Assembly: GCF_964204645.1 (NCBI RefSeq)
Contig: NC_134026.1
Location: forward strand, 2,937,950-3,001,949
From: Tubulanus polymorphus
Taxonomy: Eukaryota > Animalia > Nemertea
Direction: 5' to 3'
Length of the DNA: 64,000 nt
The notes under the pieces were generated by a model. That model searched no databases and was not told where the DNA came from. It saw only the letters and a list, made by a program, of their open reading frames with translations. The position numbers and the translations under genes are program-made. Below, in pieces: positions 52,289 to 63,000 of this stretch; within the stretch, counting starts at the first letter, position 1, and each line of letters opens with the position of its first letter.

Positions 52289-55200
52289 TTAGTACGGAAA
52301 GTTACTGAAGTATGGCCCATATTGCATATAAAGCACGCTATTAGCAGCGGTAACGTAGTCGTGTTCGGGACCGGATTGCTGCGTTTGGTTCTGTTGTTGG
52401 TTCATTATCGGTAGAACCACCGGGTTAATCGGCAGGGTATTTTCACCGGATACCGGAGTCATATTGTGCGTGGCGTGCAAATTCGACTGGTTCAACGAGA
52501 TTCGCTCGTTGAACGGCGGCGCCACCATCTGATTGTGATGACCGATACCCATCTGAATAGTCGTTTGATTTATGTTCGTCGGTTGGTTGAGATTCGAATG
52601 ATTCGGCATCGAGTTACCGTTACACGACGCGGTCGGCGTTATATTCATCATCGAACTCTGTACGCACGACGACGACGGAATAGCCAAGTGATTGACGGAT
52701 AACGGAGCCGACATCGCCGACATTTCGGTCAAAATTTGACAATTCTGATCCGAAAGCGATCGCACGGATGTGATAATAGGCGAAGGGTTCATCGGCAAGT
52801 TAACGTTAATCCGTTCTTTCGCCGCCGGTTTCGGTAACGCGGCGTTCTTCTGGACCGGTGCCTGCGGTAAGAAATCGGCGTCCATCGGATTGTCGAGTCG
52901 TTTAATCAGAGAATCCGCCTTCAACATGGTCGTGTCGCCGTGCGTTTTCATGTGAACGCGGAGATTATCCGATCGCGAACACGTTTTACCGCAAACCAAA
53001 CAAGCAAAACGTTTATAATCGCTGTGCACGGTCTTCTTATGCTTCGTCAAGCCGCCTTTATCCGGGAACGATCGTTGACAGACGTCGCACGTGAACGGTT
53101 TTAAACCGGAGTGACGTTTCTCGTGCGCGGCCAAACGCTCTTTACTCTTGAACTCCTTCGCACATATACAACACCGGAACGGCGTTTCCGTTTTGTGCAC
53201 GAGTTGATGTGAGTAGAGCGTCGCGTTCGTTTTGAACGACTTCCCGCAGATGTAACATTCGAAGCGACGTTCGCTGCCGTGCGTGACGATATGAGCGTCT
53301 AGATTACTCTTATACATGAACGTATGGCCGCATATGTCGCACATAAACCTCGAACCGGCGTCCGTGTGTCGGCGTTCGTGAGCCCGCAATAAACCTTCCG
53401 TTTTGTACGTCTTCTGGCAGACGTTACACTGGTACATTTTACCGGTGGTGTGAGCGGTTTTCTCGTGCGCTTTCAACGCGCTTTTACTCACAAATCCGTT
53501 GTTGCAGATCGAACACGAAAACGGGCGTTCGCCTTTATGAAGCATCATGTGCATCTTTAAACTGCTTTCGTACGGGAAATTCTTGCCGCACGTGACGCAT
53601 TTATATTTTTTCGGATTATGAATCGCGTCGACGTGGCTCTTCAGATGCGTCGCCGTCAGGTACGATTTACTGCAATGAGGACACTGGTGCGGCCGTGTCC
53701 CGTTGTGATGCAACAGATGCAACTTCAAGCTGTGATGAAAGTTGAAACATTTCTCGCAGAACTTGCACTTGTACGGTTTCTCGTTGCTGTGCACGCCGCG
53801 TTTGTGATGGTAGAGCGTACTCTGCGCGGTGAACACTTTACCGCAGATATCGCACGTGTGAGACCGATCTTTCAGAGATTTGTGTCGCATCATGTGCTTA
53901 CGAAGCGTTCGTTTCGACGAACAAACCTTGTTACATACTTTACATTGCAGCATCTCTTTACAGTGACTCTCTGTGCGGTGTCGGTGTAAATCGACGACGC
54001 GGGTGAACGATTCGCCGCATATCGAACAGATGTGATTATGCGCGTCTTGCAGATGCGACTGCAACTCGGTGCGATTACTGAACAATTTATAGCACCAATC
54101 GCAAGAATAACCTGTCAGGTTGTGTTCGTCTTTCAAGTGTTTTTTCAGCTCGATTTTTTTTGCGAATTCGATCCGGCAATCGGTGCACTTGAATTTCAGT
54201 TTGTGACTGTTCATATGGGCTCTTAACCTCGTCGCCGATAGGAACGATTTGTTACACTGCAGACACACGTGCAACGAAGCTTGGGCTTTGTGTCGCTTTT
54301 TATGCTCTTTAAACGCGCGAGGCTGATTCGTAGAAAACGGACACTCGGAACAGATGTACTGACCTTTTTTACTTTTGCGCGCCGACCTAGTTCTAACGGG
54401 GTTCGGGTTCGGTTGACTATCGATCTCGGTATCACTGCCACTGTCAGCATCACGTATCAAATCTAAACAATTTGAAAATTGCGATAACGAACAAATTAGA
54501 TTAACTGGCGTGAATTGGAGTGGATTAATTGTAACAAGATGCACTAATCCACACTTATTACATATCATTCAGGACCAATGAAATCAATCGGATGAGAAAT
54601 CCAGATTAAACATTACATGTAACCCTTTAAGTGAGTCTAACTCTTCATCGCAGTGCTCCAGTTTAACATTATATCTAACCCTTTAAGTGGGTATAACTCT
54701 TCACCGCAGTGCGGTGTATAAATCATTGATGAACGTTGTTAAAACACTGCACTGCGGTGTTTTGATATTATTTCTACTACTTATATACTCTATTGAAAGA
54801 TGGCAGCACCTGTCAAAAATTAGAAAAACGTTACGCTGCAGCGCAGTGTAGACGCACTTCATTAAACAATGTAGAGCAATGCAATTTTCCAAAATTTTCA
54901 AATCATCAGCACTTATAAGGAAGAATTTGTCCGCACTGAAAGGGTAAAGTGCAACAGGAGCTAACTTACCGGCCAAAGCAATATCATCATCGTCGTCATC
55001 ATCATCATCGTCATCATCAACATCTTCAACCTCTTCTTTCTCATCCTCTGCTTTTGTAGCTTGCAATTCTTTACTTTCTCTATCATTAGCTTCAAGATCA
55101 TCATCTGGAATATCGTCGATTTCATTCTCGGCTATCGAATTCACATCTCGATGATTTTCATCCAATGTTGTATCGCCGATGACGATACGATCGTCCGCAT

Positions 55201-55777
55201 CGTGTTCTCCCGATCGATCAGCCGTCTGTTCCCGATCGGACGTTTCACCTCCGTCGAAATATTTCTGCGATTCGTTGATCAAATTTTGCAGATGATTTCG
55301 AACTTCGAAATCGTTTTTGGCAGTCGCCGCATTATCGAACGAGATATCGGGAAAAAGCACATTATTCTCTGATTTATCATTTTCGTTCAACGCTTGAACG
55401 TTGTCAGTCGGTAAAGTTTTGGTAATCGGCGCAACTTCAAAATGATTGGCATAATTCGGCGGCATCGACTGCGTAGGTAGACGCGTGATTGGCTGCAACG
55501 TTTCGCGACTATCGAAACGATTCGTAACGATTTGATTCTGCGGCGGATGACTAACCGATTCGTTCAACGTTACGTAAGCGATTTCATTATCGTCGATGTT
55601 TAGTTTCAGGTTGCCGGTGACGACGACGAACCCGGAGAATTTAACGTAATCTTGACAGATTTTAGTTAACGCTCTAACGAGTAATTTCTGTACAATTTCC
55701 GCTACGCGTATTTCTGGTGGTTGAACGCAGCGCGTTGTCGATATTTTGGTGGCGTTTGTTGGTTGTTGATTTGCCAT
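52289..55777 (-). CDS. C2H2 zinc-finger transcription factor, ~993 aa, 17 fingers, 2 coding exons
   Basis: join(54970-55777, 52289-54462) with a phase-1 GT-AG intron; N-terminal globular segment, acidic linker, 17 tandem C2H2, Q/N-rich tail. Confidence 0.88.
54676..54947. mobile_element. Degenerate piggyBac-like MITE in the zinc-finger gene intron, left end duplicated at 54621-54656
   Basis: taaccctttaagtg ... cactgaaagggtaaa inverted ends with degenerate TTAA. Confidence 0.45.
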
Positions 55778-57065
55778 CTGTCATCGGTCTGTATTGTTAA
55801 ATAGAGAAAATGAGATTTAATAGGAATGCATCATAAACTGCAGAATGAATGAATGAAAAGTATATGACCAATAATCCAATAAAAAGTAAAAAATTAAGCT
55901 ATAAGAGTTCAAATAGCTTGTACAAATCAGTTAGTTAATAAGTCAAAGCGAATATTTGAATTTTTTGCAACCCAGTTTTTCCATGCTTGATTAGTAGACG
56001 TAGTAGTTGTTTTAGTTAGTTGCGGGATATTTGCCAAAATTGAGGTACAAATTATTTAGGTACAAATCATTTTTCTTTGAAAAAAAAACAACAAACTTTT
56101 TTACCTAATTTGGCCACACACCACAAGGGTATAGAGACGAATTCAGTGATTCAGCAACGGAACGGGAAAAGAAAAATTTATTAGGAAGGTTCTTTGGACT
56201 TGGTCCGCCGTTTGACGACTCTCGATCCTGCGTTCTTTTCTCAGGCTGGTAGATCCTTCCTTCGTGTTCCTTGATGCGGTTAATTTTGCCTTTGTGTAAA
56301 AATGTATCTTCAGGATGGGATCAAATCGCAAAAGGTTGAAAGCCTGTTTTGGTCGATGGCTAGTGACGTCATCAAGATCGCCTTTTTGTTACTCCCACAG
56401 CTAAACAACTCACTTTTAACGGTTAACCGCTGAATTTGAATTTTCTGTCAAGTGTATTCTTGCTGGCTGTTGATTAAAAGATTGTGAATCATGTTTTCCG
56501 AACGTGTTAAGCTTGTCTCCGGACCAGTTGGTGGGAATATTGGTTTGAAAAAAGAGGTAGATTGCAAGATTATAAAAAACTCACTGGGTAACACTGGTGA
56601 ACGCCGCGAGGATCGTACACGGTGGTGCAGGCGAGGCGTCGCGACCGCGCGGCGGCAGGGCTTTTTAATTTTGGCTTTTGCCAGTTTTGGAGTCTTGTTA
56701 TTGCCACCACGGCCACGTTACCACCACACTCACATTGTCGCTAGGCCTACTGTACTGCCACTACTTTACTTGCTACTTACTCGGCTAAATTAATTTGTCT
56801 TCATCCACGCTTACTTCCCCCCTCCCCCCCCCCCCCCATGTTAACAAGTAATTTCTGCCAACCGAACCACCAGTCGCAGTAGCCGTAGGCAGTATACTAT
56901 AGTGCAGTAGTGGGTACCCAGTGGCATGCCATTGCCATGCCACTGGGTATAGGCCTATGTTGCCCGTACACAGTCACCACCTACTAGGCCTTAAATATTC
57001 CAACAACCATTCCAAATCCAGCAACAAAAAATAAACAATAAATTTTAAGGCCTCGAAACAGAAGA

Positions 57066-60000
57066 ATGGTAGTTCCCTGTATTCAGAGTCAATGAAAATG
57101 TATTTCTTGTTGCAGATAGATAGCCTAACCAATTTCAGGATAAGTACTTTTCATTCCTTTATTTATATACGTAGCCTAACTGTTTAATCCTGGCCCTGGC
57201 CACTGAGGGTGTATGCATTAGGTCTGGTCCCAGTTTCACTGAGCTAGTTAGCCAACAATTAAGCTGAGAAATTTTGTTAAGTGGCAATTCAGGGGCAGAT
57301 CAGGAGAGTATACAGGGGTGTACACCCCTTAAAACTTTTAAGTTGCAATGAAATTTAAAGGAAAAATTAAAAATATCAACAAGTATTTTTAAAAAGCTTA
57401 TATTCCAAAACATGTTCTCTGTAGGCCTACTTCCAAAATATAGGTATTATGTTTTCTGATGATCTGGTGCCCTTTTGATTTTTAATTATATATGATACTG
57501 ATATGTATGCCCTATTTTGGGCTGCACCCCTCCCTGAATCAGTCTGCCTGCAATTAAGAGGATGTTTATAGATAATTTGATTTAGAGGAATCTTTTAATT
57601 TAGTGCCTGATGTTAGGCCTTCCACAGCCTGGTAGAGGTGGTTTAGGTGAACAAGTTAGTCTTCACACTGCAGGACTTTTAGGTGAAGGTGAAACTGGCC
57701 CTTGTTTATGCATAGGCTACTGTGTGTGCACGCTTATCTTTATGCTTATTCAATTAGAATACCCATGTAGCTACCAAATAAGCACCGCTTCAGAGGATTT
57801 TAGAAATTTTCACTTCAATAACACTGTGTTCTATTTTTGGGCACTAGCTACTATTATGCACAATTTTTCAATCAATTCTATCACATTGATATACATATAT
57901 GTGTCACTTCTTTTGCATGTAGTAGGGTCTTACAGTAACCAGTGTGCTCTCTCACACCTCCCTGTGATATTGGCCTGAGACTGACAAATAATCTTTTTTG
58001 TAGCGTATTGGTCTCGTAGCAGACAGCATTTTAAAGTATGCTGGGCTAGATGGTGTAGGCTTATTTGAATGGACAAGGATCGTGTGCCCCGGAGGAACCA
58101 TTGAAACATTGATGGAAGGTAATTTCTCGGTTCAGTACTGATTTATATTGTTCATTTTCATTGGGTTACTGATTAGTTGTATATTACAGAATTGAAAAAG
58201 GTGAAGATGCTGAATGTGGAACAACTAATCGTCCATGTTGGAACAAATAATATGACGCGTGATGTCCCGCTTGAGATTGTTCTGCGAAGACACGTTGAAT
58301 TAATTCGATTGTTGCTCTATAAATGTACTGGGACCATCATTGTACCAGCTCTTTTTCCTCGATGTGATGAGTAAGTATCAAGAATAGATTTTTCTTGAAG
58401 TACTATATTTATGATCGATGTAATGATTTTTAAATTTCTTTCTTTTTTAAAGTTTCGATGCTGACACAAAAATATTTCATTACAATGAAATGCTGCACCG
58501 CGAATGCTTTACACTTGGTGTAAAGTTCGTTGATTTTCACTTCTCAAGAGATCTCCTTTCACCGTAAGTAATCGTTTAATTTTAATAAGCCCAGTAGGTT
58601 ATGTGCATTTTTTCGCGATTTAAACTAACTTGTTTTTTTCTAAATTTTGTGATCTAGGACTGACTTGTTACACCCCAGCCGTAAGGGAAATCAGTTCATA
58701 AATAACAGGATAATGGAACTACTGCTATTGAAAAATGAAGATGAAATGTACGTAGAATTGCATTATTTTATCCAATTACCAGGTATGCAAACTACATAAA
58801 TTTGATGATTGTACTGGAAATAATGAATGATTCTTAATCAGGTGCCCTCAATACTTTCCATATGAGATTGAAAAGATGCAAAGAAGTAGAGCAGTCCATC
58901 GACGAAAGGTAATCATTTAGCATTGATATCCTAGAAAATGAATGATTTGCAATTAGTTTTTATAACTTGAATACGAAACCACTTTATTCAAAATCCTTGC
59001 ATTGAATTAATGAATCATATTGATAGCTGATAGCAAAAAACAAATTGAAGGATGATCAAGCAAGAGCATGGGATGATTCAACAATAGTGGTAAAGTTGTT
59101 TTCCTAAGTGATTTGTACGTGATTTATCTTTATAAAGTTAGATATATTTTAACAGTTTTTTGTATCCTTCAATCCAGTATAGCAGTTTTGACGTTGCGCA
59201 TCATACAAGGAAACAATTCTGTTGTGAAGATCAAAGAGCCTTTTTCACATTCGACCAGGTACATATCATCTCAAGAACTTATGATTTAATATTAGTTTGG
59301 TCACTTTTATTTCACAATTACCTAAAGGCTGTGCATGCACAAATCTGTCTTTTTTTTCCAGTACATGACTAAAATTGATGTGGCTGGTGTTGCTATTTGT
59401 TTAAAGCCTAAATTATTTACTCCTTTTTATCAGACTAAGAACGTGAGTAATATGTTTCTCGAAATGAAATTATAGAAATTCATTGGTATTGGTATGATTT
59501 ATGCTGTAAAGCTTTGTTTTCATATTCAGGGATGCTACAATAGAAGTTGTCACAATACTAAAAGATTTAACAGAAAAAGGAAGTCAGTGGAACATGTAAG
59601 TTTGATGCCCTTTCTGCGAGACGCGGGTTCATTTTTGTTATTTTTGCTTAGATGTTGAAGCAAAAACAGATTAATGTGCTCTTCCACATTAGGTTATTCA
59701 TCCACAGACGGATCCTGCTGACTCGACATGTTTTTGCGGAGTCGAATTCACCAATTGGAAAGATCTTCTAGACCATGTTAGTTTAAACCATACTGAAATG
59801 TAAGTACAACATAATTCAATTAATTTAGTACCTACAAATCTAAATGACTTAATGCAAATGACTCAGAGATACCCATGTTTTATGTTAGGCCTATATGGGT
59901 AATTTCATACTCTATCTATTCATATGTCTAAAAAAAGTGAGTTGATAATGTGTATTTCAGGCGGACAATGGAGGAAGAAGGAAAGGACGCGGCTTGTGAC

Positions 60001-63000
60001 AATTTCTCGGAAGGAACGATAGAGGAAGCAGAAAAGATGCAGGAAGATAGTTCGAAAGAAAGGATAGAAAGATTAAAGATGCAGGAAGATAGCTGGATGG
60101 AAAACAAAAAACAGCTAAGTATCACAGGTGGTGGAGGTATCGAACCAATCATAATTGATGATAGTGATGAGAATGATTCTGATGATGAACATGTATGTAG
60201 AAGAAATTTTAGTTACAATCCAACAGAAATGTGCCTCAATGACTATCAGTTTTTGAAAATTCCTCCTGTTATGCCATCAAAGGTCACGTCATTCAGAATT
60301 TGTGACATGTCTAATTCATGTCATTTGGCTGATGATGCCCCCACTATGCCCCACAAAAATCAGTTGGAGGACATAAAAGCACAGATGCAGTCAAGGATTG
60401 TCCGTGACCCTTCCATTAATATCCATGTGAGACTCGATACAGGCTGCTATTCTATTGATCAGATTAATAGGTTTCTTTTCTTACATTATGCTAAAACCAA
60501 ACAACAAGATCTTTTTGCCATGAATCTTTGGGTAAATAGTAAGCCTTTAAGCCCCACTGATTCAGTCGATTGGGAACAGATTCAAGCATTTTCAAATATG
60601 CTCTTTTCCTTAAAACCCTCTCAACAATTTCCAGTTGGTAATAATAATAGCGTATCTGTATCAGAACTTCAGACGATGACTAATCAAAAATGGTTTGAAG
60701 GATCTGTGTTAAATGCTTTTGCATCTATGATAAATGAACAGTACTGTAATATTCATGCATTTATGATGCCACTTACATTTGATGCTAAGAAATATGTTTC
60801 AAATTTATATAAAAGATTCGGTCCTAATCCACTCATAAGTTGTGATAAACTAATTTTTTTCCTGCATGTTGGCACCCAAAACGATTTCGTATTTCTAAAT
60901 TCTTATGGACATGTTGTTGCCAATCATTATGCACTAGCAGTTTTTTACCCAAAAAGTAACAAACTGTGTTATGCTGATACACTAGCATGGGATTGTCCAA
61001 GGGAATTTAAAAATCATTTAAGATCTGTTTTGAAAGGTTTGAATTGCCCTGATCCTGTTTATATCCACCTCCATGATCCTCATTTTGTTACTGAAAATTC
61101 AGTGCATGTATGTAGTAATAATTGTACTAGTTATTACCCACTCCAATCATGTTCATCTGTCTGTGGCCCTGCTACATTAATTGGTGCTTGCATTGCAACC
61201 TATTATGAAAAGGATATTTCAAGTGTATTTTCATCTCCCAATGAATTATCTTATCTTAAGAACATTTCTAACTATTCTGATTTTGTTAGATTGATATTGA
61301 TTAATTGGCTTATGAAACATCTAATTGATATTACTCAACTCTTCTCAAAGTCATCTCAACCTACTGCTAATAGTACTACTTTCTCTAAGATATCACGATT
61401 ATCTCGCAGACAGAGACATAAACGATCAACTGAGTCAAATAATACACTAGCTAGTTCTGAATTAAAGATGTCAGACTCTTATATTGCCCCTAAAAAAAGC
61501 AAATCAGTCTTAACTACAGCCAAATCTAAATCTACACCAATTTTGAATAATGAATCAACACTTGAATCTACACCAATTTCGAATTATGAATCTGCAGCAA
61601 TTTTGACTAATGAATCAACACCAATTTCGAATAGTGAATCTGCACCAATTTTGACTAATGAATCAACACCTGAATCAACACCAATTTCGAATAGTGAATC
61701 TGCACCAATTTTGACTAATGAATCTACACCAATTTCGAATAGTGAATCTGCACCAATTTTGACTATTAAATCTACACCTGAATCTACACCAATTTCGAAT
61801 AATGAATCTACACCTGAATCTACATCCTCAATTTTGAATCCTCAATCCTCATTAACTATAAATTCAGCTGAACCATTAACTTCCCATATTAATGGTTCTA
61901 AAACTACTATCTCCCATCGCATCAGGAGAGGAAAGCATTATCTTGAAGTTGCTTTTCATTCAACTGGCAGTAAGACGAAGTATAAAAGTTTTCATTGTAC
62001 AGACCAAGGTACAAATGACCAGATAGCCATTGACACTATCAAGAAATACCTCAACAACCAGAATCCACTTAGTGATGAATGGGTTGAAAATGGGGAAGTA
62101 ATGACTGGTGCTGACACAAAATATTATTTCGATAGATTCACTTTTGATTTTACAAAAACAGTTCGTCTGCATAAGAATGTGCGGCCTTCATTTGTTGGTA
62201 ACCAGACAACGATGAAAGCTTCCTTAACATTAAAAAAGAATTGGCAAACCCATAGATTAGATAATAAATTTGAATTTATTGAGCCAATTGTTGAGGATAC
62301 TTCTCAATTTGTGGCTGCAGAAATGCTCATAAAATGTTCGTCAAAGTCTTCAGTTTGTAAATCATCATGTGGATATTATCTTTCAAAGTTGAATATGTCC
62401 AGTAACATCACTAATTGTCCCTCATGTCAAATTGACGTTGTTTTAAATGATAAACAATGTATTCATTGCTCCATTACCATGTCTAACAAATGGAGGAAAA
62501 ATGCTGATGGTGAAACACTTTGTTCCAACTGTTACAACTATAAGCTGAAGAATAAACGTGATCGTCCTGTGAAGTTAAGGCAGCAGTTTGAGCCAAAAAA
62601 ATTAATTCACCCTCATTTTATGTGTTATTGGGCAACGAAACTTGTATTATTTAGTACTGATTTATCCAAGTGGAGAATCTTCAGCAAACCACTTAATGGT
62701 CAATATCATGACAATATTCCTTTACAAATTAAAAAGCGACCTAATTTATCTACTAGAGATAGATGGGATGAAAATAGAGTCATGATGAAAGCCACAGCAA
62801 TGAAGGTTCTTTCTGCCACCAATGCTCACAATAACCTTCATGTATCAAATGTAAATGATGGCGCCGGTCATGACCATACCCTAGATCAAATTTCAAATAG
62901 ATTGAAATATATTGATAAATCTTCGATAAAATTACATATGAAATCTCAAGACGAAATACCTATTCTAAGTTCTGATTGGAGAAATACTGAAAAATTATTA

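Noticed and set aside
54701-54969. C-terminal extension of the 358-aa ORF, and the N-terminal part of the 759-aa ORF (54463-54568)
   Set aside because: Both are intronic read-through; splicing 54970>54462 joins the two ORFs in frame.
56125-56445. Possible left TIR of the MULE (gaattcagtgattcagcaacgg vs ccgctgaatttgaatt)
   Set aside because: Short, gapped match, and the right end of the element is outside the window, so it cannot be supported.
57289-57550. Degenerate caggggcagatc...gtctgcctg element, and similar remnants at ~30542-30707 and ~34465-34792
   Set aside because: Probably old MITEs, but the ends are too decayed to delimit.
59434-59442. 9-nt micro-exon (TKN) with a cag acceptor and gtgagt donor
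   Set aside because: A stronger acceptor at 59361 gives an open 81-nt exon (59362-59442) in the same frame, so a micro-exon is not needed; it remains a possible alternative.
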